From: Salpingoeca rosetta
Taxonomy: Eukaryota; Protista; Choanoflagellata
Length of the DNA: 64,000 nt
Assembly: GCA_033442325.1 (NCBI GenBank)
Contig: JAWQFM010000031.1
Span: forward strand, 732,025-796,024
Reading direction: 5' to 3'
A program made the position numbers and the translations under genes. The first letter of the stretch is position 1; each line of letters opens with the position of its first letter. Below the pieces are notes generated by a model. It ran no database searches, was not told the origin of the DNA, and saw only the letters and a list, made by a program, of their open reading frames with translations. This document shows, one piece after another, positions 46,808 through 58,700 of this stretch.

Positions 46808-49083
46808 TCAGGTGTTGAACGTGATGTCAATGCTACGCATCGCGCCATCACTGAAAAATGAGGCCTCCAGGTAGTCGATGACCCACTGTCCCTTCGTGGT
46901 GCAGCCATCTAGTCTGGACCACGATTCGTGTGGTGCGGCAGGGTTGCTGTCGGGGAAATCGCCAGTGGCCGTCGGCGTCCAACAAAACGTGTCATCGACA
47001 TCAAGATTACTGCCGTCGTTGTGCACAACCTCCATTCGCTGCCCGCTCGGGCATTGCAGGTAAAAGTGCTGCATCACACCAAGGAGCAGTTGTATCACCA
47101 CAAGCAATGCAAAACATGTGAGATCGTTACAAGTGCCTTGACCCTGAACATGTTACGAAAGCACGGATAAGCGGGTGTGACGCTTGCTTCGCACAAGTTC
47201 TTCACGCCGTGCGAGTACAGCGCTCCATTACAAGCATCAAACACACACGTGAACAAGGAACGAGCGTACCATTTCCAGCGGGTAGTTGTGCCAAAGCTCG
47301 ATGCACAATGATTGGATATGTGTGGAAGCAACAAAGTTGGGGATGTCCGCTGACACGTCGTGGCAAATGGCAGTGCGCGTACGGTCCGGGAGATTCAAGG
47401 GGGTGCTCTGACAGGCAGGAGGTGGGCCATCGAACGCGTTGGACATGTCCATGAAGTAGGAGTTTAGGTAGAAATCGTCATTTCCGTAGTGCTCTTGGAA
47501 GAAGTCGAAGTGAGTTGTTGTTGCCTTGGGTTTGGTGGTGGTGGTGGTGGTGGTTGTTGTTGTTGTGGTAGTTGTTGTTGTTGTTGTGGTAGTTGTTGTT
47601 GTTGTGGCTTCCACAACGGCTGCGACTTTGCATCGATGAAAGCGAAGCTTGCATGACTGCAGGGCAGTCACAACCTAACAAGCGCAAGGTGTGCGTGTGT
47701 GAATGGACAAATGGGTGAGTGAGTGCTTCGCCGTGCCACAATACAACCAAACGACAGTACGCAGACAACGCTATCATCCCTGTTGCTCCGCAATCACCCA
47801 CCGTAGAGTTCCTGGCAGCGACAGAAAACTCGTTGCTTGAGAGGGGCGTCACCGCAGACCCGTCCTTGAGCGACAGCGCGCATTCCTGCCACATACGCAA
47901 CAGCCAGAGCACACCAACAGAGTACATGAGAAGAACAACACGACACTTCCCCTGTGCCTGATCTCGACAGGCAGCACATGAAAAAGTATTGACTGCACAC
48001 ACAGCGAGCCAACAACAACGCATCACACATACAAACACGCACCCACGCATCCACACATACACACACACACAACAGCAAACACGATGCCTCACGTCAAGGC
48101 CGCAGTCGTCCTGGATGGCGTCGCGCAGCTGCTGCGAGAACTTGTCGAGTTGAGCGTCTGTAAACTGGTCCAGCTGCTGCCCACGAAGACACTTGGTTGT
48201 CATCACGGCAGCTGTTGTGTAGGTCGTGCTGTCGCACACGCCGGCGTCTCCAGCAGCAATATGCTCAACGTGTCTCAGCGTGCACTGCATAAACTCGATC
48301 TCGTTGCTGTCCAGGCAGGTCTCAATAGCTTGGGCAACCTTGCAAAAGTTGTACGTTTGGGTGTAGGTGTGAGGGAGATTTGTGTGAGGGAGTGAGGGTG
48401 TGTGCTGAAGTGCGCATGTGGTGCAGTTGGACAAAGAAGTAACTCACGTGTGTGATCACGCGCAAGAGCAGGACTCAAAAAAAGTAGCAGTGAGCTCGTA
48501 CAGAAGCATTCTTGACAGGGACGCGGAGGGTGTTATCCAGGCCAGACACGGGGGTGATGTCGGATCCAACAGCGGACTTGAGGTCGCACTGTTTACAACG
48601 GGAGGGAGAGGGTGAGTGTGAGTGCGCGTGCGCGGATGTGTGTGTGCGCGCGTGCGCGGATGTGTGTGTGTGTGTGGTTGATCGGCAGTGTGAGAGCATA
48701 CACGAGCAGTTTTATTTGTTGCTGCAGGGGCAGCAAGCACATCAGGTCAATAAAAACCAAGCCAGCGAGCAAGCCCACGAACACAACTCACAAGCAAGCT
48801 ACCACGCTTCTTGCAACACACAAACTCCACACCACGGACGACGCACTTGGGCAAGGCCGCATGTGGATGACAGCTGGGAAGCAAGTGTGATGGCAAACTT
48901 GTCGAGGCGGCCTTGCTTGTACTCATGGATCCTCTTGGAACGAAGGCAGCGGAAGGTGAGCTGCGCCTCGCCGTCGTACGTGGCCGTGTCGCATTGAGTT
49001 GGAAGGGGGGCAGCAGAGGCCATGGCGGCGGCCATCAGTGCCACGACGATCACAAGCGTGACTGTTGCCATGGTGGGACGCAT
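46808..49083 (-). pseudogene. Secreted protein with two Cys-containing repeats and a C-terminal proprotein-convertase P-like domain; apparent frameshift and lost splice acceptor
   Basis: Signal MATVTLVIVVALMAAAMASA. Repeats CDTATY..RCLR..LDKF..CGL and CDSTTY..KCLR..LDKF..CGL. C-terminus IQSLCIELWHNYPLEM|HFYLQCPSGQ..GCTTKGQW..DGAMRSIDITF. A T7 run at 48477-48483 gives a premature TGA, and the expected AG near 48356 reads AC. These lesions could be sequence errors. Confidence 0.6.
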
Positions 49084-49971
49084 GAACATGTCGAAGAGAA
49101 GGAGAAGGAGGTGGTCTGATCGAAAGCGGCGAAGAAGAAAATAATGTGTTGTGTCGTAGGTGCGTGCGTGCGTGCGCGTGTGTGTGAGTGGTAGGTTTCG
49201 ATCGGCAAGTATCGCTTCGTGGTGCGTTCGGATGAATGAATGAATGGTGTGTTCTTCGGGCAAAAAGGTCGCGTGTTGTGGTCTTTGTTCATGGTGTAAC
49301 ATAAAGCAACACGTCTTATGAAGTCACCTGGCCTACGACATGTGAGGAAAGTGAGCCAATCATATGCCCACTACGCTCAGGCGTCATATCACACACACAC
49401 AATGCCCATAAAACTGATGATGTGACACATGAACTGATGTGACGAAATGATTCGATGGCTTGTGTGCAAGCGCAACTGCAACGTGGTGAGGACGAGGGCG
49501 TGTGCATTCGTGTTTCTACAAATGTATGTGTGCGCATGTGTGCATGTGTGTGTTCTGTTGTGTGCATACTCTCAGTGCAGTGCAGCCACGTGGTCACGTG
49601 CTTCCTTGAGCTCACATCTGTTTCACCTGTGCATGCATTTGAGCGAGGGTGTGTTTCGTTGTCACCACTAATACACGACACCGCGCTGCAACGTTGACAC
49701 GAACAGGCATCTCCGGTGCTGACGTGAGCGAGTTGAACCAGATTGCCAGTCCGCCTGTTGAGGACAACGTCGTCTTCATTGACACGTTCAGCGAGTTCTC
49801 CGCCCTCGCCTCGAAGATTTCCCGCGCCAACTGCGATCAGCCTGCTAGTGTCTCCTCCGACATTGACGTGCGTGTGTGTGTGTGTGTTTGTGTATGCGGG
49901 CGTGCGTGTGTGTGTGTGTTTGTGTGCAACAAGATCCACATGTCGACGTCTGCGGGGGACCGCGTGTGTTT

Positions 49972-50009
<38 letters not shown>

Positions 50010-50015
50010 GTGTGT

Positions 50016-50034
50016 GTGTGTGTGTGTTTGTGTT

Positions 50035-50069
<35 letters not shown>

Positions 50070-51306
50070 TCCCAGCGCTCAAAGATGGGGAAGGCAATTG
50101 CGGCAAAACAAAGGGCAGCGGTGCGTATGGGTGAATGTGTGTGAGAGCACGCGCCTCATAGACAGAAAGAAAAGTGAATCAATAGATAGATAGATAGAAA
50201 CCAAGTGCCTCGGTGCGAGGCTCATGTGTAGTGCTGCGACTGTCGCTTAGACAGTTGCAGGGGGCTCTGTTGCGGCCGGGCCACCGGGGCTTCGTGAGGT
50301 CACTGGGGCGCTGCGTGGCTGTCCCTCATCGTTGTCGGTGGTGGCGGTGGCAGCGGCGGTGGCAGCAGTGCCGTTGTTGCTGTCATTGCTGCGCTGGCCG
50401 CTGTGGCCGGGGGGTGTGGTCTGCGGATGCTTGCGCTTGCGGGTGCGTTTGCCCTGTTGGTGGTTGCGCTGGGCTTGAGCGCGCGCTCGTTGTACCGTCT
50501 GGGTGCTCTGGCGGGGAGTGTGTGTGTCTCCCGCCCGGACCGAGCCCGGCTGGTTTTTGCCCCGCTTGTCGTGAGGCATCTGGCCGATGCACCGGAGGTT
50601 CGCGTAGCACTCAGCCTTGCATCTCGCGATGGACAACACTTGCCGCCAGTACGTGCTGCTGTGCATGGAGGTAAAAGTGCGCACGTGTGGTGGTGTTTGT
50701 GGGTCCGTCGTGGACATAAGGTCGCTGCTGAAGAACTTCCGGAACTTCGAGCCCCAGGCGCCCGAGCCGGCCTCGATCGCAATCGGCACAAATTTGAAGT
50801 CGCCCTGGTCGCGTAGGGTGGCCTGGTACTTCTTGATCTTGCGTTGTTCCGCCTGCGACGCCGCGTAGAGGTTGACTTTGGCGGCCTGTGGTTGGTACGA
50901 GCTGGCCGCGGGGGCGGCAAACACGAGGTCAAACACGGTGTAATCGCCAGACTTGTCGAAGCTGAGGATGTCACCGCGCTTGCCGCCTGCGCCTGGGAAG
51001 CCGGAGGGCTCTTGTGTCGCGCGGCGGTTGAGCTGCATGAAGGCCCGGGCAATGGCGTTCTGCATATAGTCGTGCCGGCCCGTTCTTGTGGAGTCGCAGA
51101 CTTCGGCGTGGTCCAGCTTCATCTCGCGCCCGCAGCAGTAGCAGCTGCCTGATGCACGCGACTCGGAGCAAGGTGTCCGAATCCGCTGGCTCAGAGCAAA
51201 CCGAAACACCTTGTCCGACATCCGTAGGTCCTTGCAGCTGGGCAGGGCCAGGAGCCACTCGTAGCCGCCGTGCGTGTGTGTGTGTTTGTGTTTGTGTTTG
51301 TGTGTG

Positions 51307-51321
<15 letters not shown>
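50016..51321. repeat. ~50-bp target-site duplication flanking the retrotransposon (50016-50068 and 51274-51321)
   Basis: The same interrupted tract (GT)n-TTGTGT-TTGTGT-TT(GT)n lies immediately on both sides of the element. Confidence 0.7.
50069..51273 (-). mobile_element. 5'-truncated non-LTR retrotransposon with restriction-like endonuclease (CRE-like), in an intronic (GT)n tract
   Basis: ORF 51270-50247: WLLALP..MSDKVFRFALSQRI, CCHC knuckle CYCC..DHAEVC, RHDYM, KRGDI..VFDLV, AEQRKIKKY, FVPIAIEAGSGAWG. About 180-bp 3' UTR joined to (CA)n. The RT domain is absent. Confidence 0.88.
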
Positions 51322-51338
<17 letters not shown>

Positions 51339-51752
51339 CGTGTGTGCACGGGTTGACATCTGTCCACAGACATGGGATGTCCTTCGCCTTGCTCGCCCTC
51401 TAACAACCCTTGAATCACTGCACAATCCCTTGCTACCGTCGCTGTCGTGTAGATTGAGGTCAACAACACCTCCCCCGGTGACATCCGCTACTACCGTCTG
51501 GACCTTGGTGGGTTCACGGAGTCCGTCCTCATCGTTGTTGAAACCAGCAATGGCGCAACGTGAGTTAGTGCGTGGAGGCGTGTGTGTGTGTGCGTGTGTG
51601 CGTGTGTGCGTGTGTGTGTGTGTGGGGGGGGGTGCGCAAATGCGCGGATGTGTGTTTCCTGCCCGCGTCGACCATCGTTGTCTCGCCTCTATTCCTCCAC
51701 ACACAAACAGACACACACACACATACACACACACATACACACACACACACAC

Positions 51753-51795
<43 letters not shown>

Positions 51796-52974
51796 CAGTG
51801 ATCTGTACGTGTCGACCAACCCCAACCCTGGTCCAGTCAACTATGACTATGCTGTGGAGCACGACGACGCAATCAAGGCAGTGCTGGTGGACAACACTGG
51901 CAACGAGGACTACTACGTGAGCGTGCGCAGCCGGTCCGATGACCCTGCAGACACCGTCCGCTACCGCGTGATTACATATTACCAACGCCATGTTCCAAGG
52001 CAACGCCAGCTACACCATCTACGTCGGCACTGACGAGAACGTTGCAGGCACTCCCATCTTCACGCTGCCGCCGCTCCGCAGCTTCGACGTTGTGCCGTCG
52101 TTCACGTTTGACCTGTTTGGGCCGGGTGAGGACAAGTTTGTGCTCCTCAACGACAGCGAGGTGGTGCTCATGGCCCCGCTCGAGTTTGGCAAGCGTCACG
52201 TGATCGCCATTGAGGGAATCGACGAAGCCAACAATCTCGCTGGCGGCATTGCCCTCAACATCATCTACAACGAGATGCCGTGGACGGCCAGCGCCAAACA
52301 ATGGCTTCGAGTACCAGATCAACTGCCTGAAGAAGCTCAACTGGTTCGACGCCAAGAAGGCGTGCGAGGCGAACAACGCCCAGCTTGCCTCCGTGTCCTA
52401 GGAGAACAACTTGCTCGCCGAGCTCGCCCTCAACACCACCCTTGGCTCTGGTCTGCATCAAGCCTGGCTTGGTGGCCACTTCCCGCCTGTGTTCGCCTGG
52501 ACCGACGGCTCTGCCGCCACCGACTTTGGCTTCCCGTGGAGCGTCGAGGACAACGACCCACACGCGCACTGCCGCTTCAATTGCCTTGCTCTCAAATTCA
52601 AGGACAAGAAGACGACGCCCGCTAGCGAGTGGAAGGGCCTCCGCTGCGGCCGTAAGCGTGCGTACATCTGCAAGCGCCCCACCGCTGCGTGAGCTGCAGC
52701 ATAGGGTGGAGTTTGCCGCATGGAACGGCAAAGACTTCTCGGCGTTGTCTTGCGCTTGTGATGTCAGAGTTCACTTGCTTTTCTAATGTTCCGCGAGCAA
52801 CGTCTCTCTCTCTCTCTTTGTGTGTGTGTGTGTGTGTGTTGGGAACGCTCGTATCCCGATTCACTATCAGTACACCACAAGCTACTTTCACTTCGTGTTT
52901 CCACTCCAGGTAAGTGAGGGATGCTCGAGACACACTAAAGGGGGAGGAGGGAAGCATACACAATCAAGCACACA

Positions 52975-53409
52975 TCAAGTGCAGCGGACACGAAAAGGGA
53001 TGAAGGGCCTATGCGTGAACACCATGGTGGCACGATGCGCGAACAGCACTTGTTTGCTTCTCACGACAGCAAACTCGCGCAGCGCCAGCATCGTTATCCA
53101 CTTCAGCAGCACGTCATCGCAGTAGTCGCTGTGGTGCAGCTGCCTCATCTGACAGGCCACCAGGCTCAGCCCAATGGCCGTCATAAACGACAGCTTGAAG
53201 TCGAGGCCCGGCTCCAGGTTGTTGGCGTCCACGAGTGCAACCAGGTCGCGCCGCTCCAAGCGCGGGTGCAGCTGTTGGCATGTCACATGTGGTGGCGTGA
53301 TGGTGTGGTGGGTGGGGAGAGATTGGTGGTTGGTGTGATGAGTGGAAGTTGTGTGCATCAGCAGTAGTCGTGGTGGATGGGAGTCACAAACAGACACACA
53401 TGCACACAT

Positions 53410-53460
<51 letters not shown>

Positions 53461-54727
53461 AAGACGTCGTAGTTGTCCTGCAGGCCGAGGACTTGGCAGG
53501 AGAGGACCATACTTGGGCGACCAAGTCATCGGGCGACAGCAGCGACAGCAGCTGTTCGTCCACCCACAGCCGCGTCTTGGTGACATGGAGCACGCCGTTG
53601 TCACTTGCAGAGGGTACAGCTGGTCGAGACGAACGTGCGTTGTGAGTTGGAGATGAGCGGTGAGAGAGGGTCAACACGACTGCTGGTGTAGGCTGTTGAC
53701 CCATCACACATGCACATTCGTGGGTGCCAAAACAGACAGCGCATGGCAGCCGCCTCCAATGACAGCTGTGTGACCATGCTCACTTGAGTTGCGTGACAGC
53801 CGTGTTGTGTGTCAGCGCGTCCGCCAATGCCACAGCACCAGCATCACCGAGAGAGTTCCAGTGCAAGCTGTCAACATGCGAAGCAGTGGTGATTAGTAAC
53901 GACGGAAAAGAGAAGCAGGGGGAGGGATCGTGAGTGGCAAGCAAGGGGGTAGAAGGGGACACTGACATCACACACTGGCTTCAGGTGTGCTGTGCCACAG
54001 CGTGGCATTGCGCTCAGCCATGACCTGGGGGTGGGCTGTGCAATCACAACACACGCCAACGACACTTCTCTCCCATGCATGGGTTGTGTCAAGACTCACT
54101 TGAGCCGCGCGATGGTCGCATTGTGCTTCAGCCCTTGTGCCAACGCCGCAGCGCCCTCGGGGCTGATGTGGTTGCTGCTCAGGCTGTAGCCAACAACCAA
54201 AAAGCACGATGGTGGGAGGGGAGGGGAAAGGGGAGGTGGGGTTGGTTGGTCATGAGCCAAGGGTGAAGGCAACACAACGAACATGACATGGCATGATGGC
54301 AACGGTGCGCGACGATAGCTGCTGGATCAGTGGCGCGTGTCGCATGCAATCCACATGTGCACGCACGCACTCGAGTCTTGTGACGGTGGTGTTGTCCTTG
54401 ACAGCCACTGCAAGTGCGCGCATTCCACCATGGCTGTGTGTGTGTGTGTGTGTGTGTGGTTGGCACAGCACACAGGACATGACAGTGTTCTGACGACGAT
54501 GCGAGGCAAGCACAGCAAGCACAGCAAGCCAAGCAGGACGCTCGACTCGGACTGTTGCAGACAACACACACACACACACACACACACTCACTCACTCACT
54601 TTGCGCGTGGCTCAGACGTGTTGTTGGCGATGGCCCGAATCAAGTCCTTCACCTCCTCATCTTCGATCTGCGTCTGCGCCAACAGGCCCTCCATCTCCTC
54701 GCTCACTGTCTTCTGTCCACCGGACAT
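52975..54727 (-). CDS. RNI/NLRC3-like leucine-rich repeat protein (one 28-aa LRR per exon) with an unassigned C-terminal region; may be degenerate
   Basis: First exon MSGGQKTVSEEMEGLL..IRAIANNT. LRR exons GGMRALAVAVKDNTTVTRL, LSSNHISPEGAAALAQGLKHNATIARL and LHWNSLGDAGAVALADALTHNTAVTQL. Later exons at ~53640-53510 and ~53275-53050. The 3' end is uncertain. Confidence 0.7.
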
Positions 54728-55688
54728 GGCCGATGATGGAGTTGGTGGGGGGTGGTGGGTGGTGGGTGGTGCTTGAAGGTCGTGTCGTCAACGATGGTGG
54801 TTTGACCGAAATTCCAAACAGCCAACGGTTGACAAAACCAGACGAGACACTGGCTGTTGCACGAACAACAAGTCAACGCAGAGGTGAGGGGTGAGGTGCA
54901 GTGAGGGGGGGGGGGTGTCATTGGTGGTTGTGCGTGCCACGTTCCTTCCTTCCTTCCTTCCTTTCTTCCTTCCTTCCTTCCCTTCGTCATCTTCGCTGAC
55001 GCATTCACACACACACGCACGCACGCAGGGAGGGTGTGCGCACCGTCTCTCCCCTTCTCCCTTCCATCCATCCATCCTTCCTTCCTTCCATCGTTGTCCA
55101 TTTCCTTCTCCTGTGATGAACCACGCACAACCAACCAACCAACCAACCAACGACCACATACATGACCCATCCATCGACAGGTGAGGGTGAGATTGAGTGC
55201 TCCCACTTCTTCCCCTTGCGCACAGCGCACAGCAACAACAACCACCACCATCAACAACAACAACACAGCGCACGCTGTAATCGTGCACACAGCCACACAG
55301 CCACGCACATATGTGGACCACCACGCATCCATCCATCCATGGGTGGTTGGATCACAACCAACACACACCACTGCGTGTGGCACTCACAAATGCACACACA
55401 CACACGCACACTTGCTCACCGTTGTGTAGTGACAGAACAGCTGCCATCAGCCACCGTCATGCAGCGGCGACCCTGAGAATGGATCATGCAACCTCCCAAC
55501 CAGTGAGCAGTTGAGGGAGGGGGAAATGGCATCAACCAACATCACAGCCAATGTATGTGTGTGTGCACGGGGTTGTGTTTCTTCTCATCCTCCTCCTCCT
55601 GTCTCTGCTCCTGTCTGTGACATTCTGCTCACTGCTGCCGTTGTTGCTTGCTTGTTTGTGGTGGTGCGTGCAGATGAATGTATTCCAT

Positions 55689-55719
<31 letters not shown>

Positions 55720-58700
55720 AGCAGGTGCTGGCTGATGCGTGAGGCAGTGGGCAACCCTCCACCAACCAACCAACCAACAATGACTGCGTGCTGATGGATG
55801 AATGGTGATTGAACCACTGCATCACCCAGACAGGTATGTGTGTGTGTGTGTGTGTGTGTGTCGACGTGCGTGTTCTCTTCTCCACCCACCCACACGCCAT
55901 CATCACCACTTCTCATTTTCTTGTGTGTTTGCTCACATCCTTCCCTTCCCACTCTCAACACCAACACCAATACCACCACCCTTCTCGTTTGTTTCTCCCT
56001 CCTGCACAGCGGGGCCTTTAGCCACCAGCTGTCACCCCACCCCCCCCTGCACCAACCACCACTGCTCTGGTGGGATGAACAGACGGGCGCTGCCATGTGA
56101 TGACCATCCAGCCACGCTTGTGCGGCTGTGGAAGCAGCAACACCAACACACACCACACCACAAACAAGCAAGCGATGAACAACGTGAGTGCATCACTGCA
56201 TGTGTGTTGATGTGGTGAGCACAGCACCAGTGTGCTTGTTTGTGGTCGCTGTCTTTGCTGCTCTTGTCTCCCCTTGTTGTCCCACATCAATGTGCATGCA
56301 TGTGTGTGGTGCGGCTGCCTGTTTTGCCTTGCTTGATGTGCTGTCTCATTCGTCGTTCTCACACACAACCGCCTGCACACCTGCACATTCTCCAACTTGC
56401 AGCTGCTGCTTATATTCCCCTCTCTTTCTCGCCCTCCCTGACGGCCATCACAACAACAACAGCAGCAGCAGCCAACACACCCTCCACCGCCGATGCAGCA
56501 GCAGCAGAGAATGCACCACCACCACCACCACTTGCTGCTGAGCACATTCCCCAGCCAACCAAGCAAGCAGCAACAAACCCATCGCCCAATGCTGACGGAA
56601 GCTGGCTGTTTGCAGCTGGGAACAGCGACAGCACAAGTTGCATTTTCGGCGGGCAGCAGCAGCAGAGGTGAGGGCGAGAAGAAGAGGGAAATGGAGGGGA
56701 GATGTATGTTGGATGGATGGATGGATGGGGTGGGTGGGGTGGGGGATGCTGGGTGAGTGTGGTGTGGTGCGGTGTGGCTGGTGACAGGGGATGATGGTGG
56801 TGGTGTGAGGAAGAGGGATGGATGGATGGATGGGGTGCAGCATGTCTTGTTCCTTCCCTTCTGTTTTCTGTTTTCTCTCTCTTCCCTTTCTTCTTCTTTG
56901 CACACATGCATGCACAGCATCAGCAGTGGCAGCAGTGTGACTGCGCACACATCAATGCTTTCTCTTCCCTCCCACTCCTCCACTTACCATGCTGGTGCTC
57001 GCACACAACCACACTCACAGGCGATGCACACGCACAAGCAGAATGAGGGAAATGTCGAGGATACTTGCCACGCGTGCCAGTTGCACTCGCCTCACACCTC
57101 TTCTTGCGTCTGTGCACACATATTTCACAGCGTTGAGGAGGCACATGAAGCGGTGGAACCAACGACGATGACGATGACGAGTGATGAAGGTGAGAGGGCG
57201 ACTGAGATGTGTGTGTGTGTGTGCGTGTATGGTTGACATGTTGTGTGTCCTTCTTCGCTTCCCTCTTTCTTTGTCTGTTCTGTTCACTCGTCTTCTTCCC
57301 CCCTTTTTTTCGATTGACTTGGACACAGGCCCATGCATTCCATCTCCATCCATCCAACCGACCAACCAAGCAGCCGAGCGAGCGAGCAAAGGACACGGCG
57401 TGGCAAGGGGCCGTTGTTTTCACCCTTTCCACCACAAGCAACAACAGCAACAGCGGATGTGTGGCTGCATTGTGGATGAACTGGCCCTCTGCCTCTCATC
57501 CATCTCCACCTGCTCTTCGTCGTCATTGGTCACCAACAGCAGCGGCTGCGACCATGGATATGGAGGTAGGATGAATGGCGGTGGTGGTGATGTGGGCGGT
57601 GTGTGATGTGTTGGGTGTGAATATCAGTGCGTGTGTAGGTGTGTGATTGTGAGGTGCTGGTTGGATGTCGTTGGATCTGTTGGTGGTGACAAAGGTGTGG
57701 TTGTCGTTGACAGCCTGATTCTGTGACAACTCACCTCTTTCTTCACACGTACAGGGTGAGATGTGCGTCGATGTGCCGTCGCCTCGCATGACGACGATGC
57801 TGGTGGTGGTGAGTGGGTTGTGGTGGATGTGGACGGCGCACGCACACGCATGTGCAGATGTGCTGCTTGTGGTTGTGGTGTGTGGTGTCTGTGTGTGGGG
57901 ATGTGAAATGTGCGTGCACCGGTGATGATGTGGGTGATGTGAATGTGGCAAAGGAGGTGGATGTGGTTTGTTTCTGCCATGCTGGCTCACTGCGTCGTGT
58001 TCTTCTTGCTGATTTGTTGTTTGCGCTTGCGCATGTGTGCATGTGTGTGATTTGCTCAGGACGGTGACCGATCTCTTCCCAAGCCCTCATGACACGAGCA
58101 GGGCGATACACGCACACACAAATGTGCGAGAAAAGAAGACACAAGGTGAGACGCTGCCGCTGTGTGTGTGTGTGTGTGTGTGTGGTGAGGTGATGGGGTG
58201 GTAGTACTCATTCGCACGCACGTACACACACGCATATACACATGCATGCCAACACATCAGAGCAGTCATTGGCTGTGGGGTGGTTGCACTGACGTGTGTC
58301 TCACATGAATCAATCTCACAACTCAAATGTGTGTGTGTGTGTGTGCGTGGCTGCAGGCGGACGTTGTGCGGGTTTCCCCAACCGAATCCCCTTCCTCCTT
58401 TCCCAACCAATCGCCTTTGCTCTGTGTCATCATCATCGTCAGCCTTCACCATGCGATGTGGTGCTGTTGAGGCGTGATCGAGACTGCGGCCAACACAGGT
58501 ATTGCAGCAGTGGTGGATGTGGTGCATGTGGTGATATTTTGTGCCTGCCTGCTGGCTCGCTTGGTTGCTTGCTTCGTTGGTCTTGTGTGTATCTGGTTCA
58601 CCCGCCCACAACATGCCGCATATTCTAATGCGTGATCCCTTGTGTCCCTCCTTTCCTGTCCTCACCACCACCGGTCATTGTTGTTCGTCTCTGGTTGGTT

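Larger units (their letters stand above)
49707..52692 (+). pseudogene. Pseudogene: VWA C-terminus, PPC-like domain, cadherin-like domain, C-type lectin
   Basis: Exons 49707-49867 ([31 protein letters not shown]), 51453-51559 and 51799-52692 (DLYVSTNPNP..; DENVAGTPIF..PLEF; KLNWFDAKKACEANNAQLASV..AWLGG..FAWTDGS..C..WKGLRC..YIC). Frameshifts near 51980 and 52290, in-frame TAG at 52399-52401, and no upstream VWA exons found. Confidence 0.8.

Noticed and set aside
51274-51791. N-terminal extension of the retrotransposon ORF (50247..51791)
   Set aside because: It is read-through across microsatellite and the antisense of a host exon (51453-51559). The element ends at ~51273.
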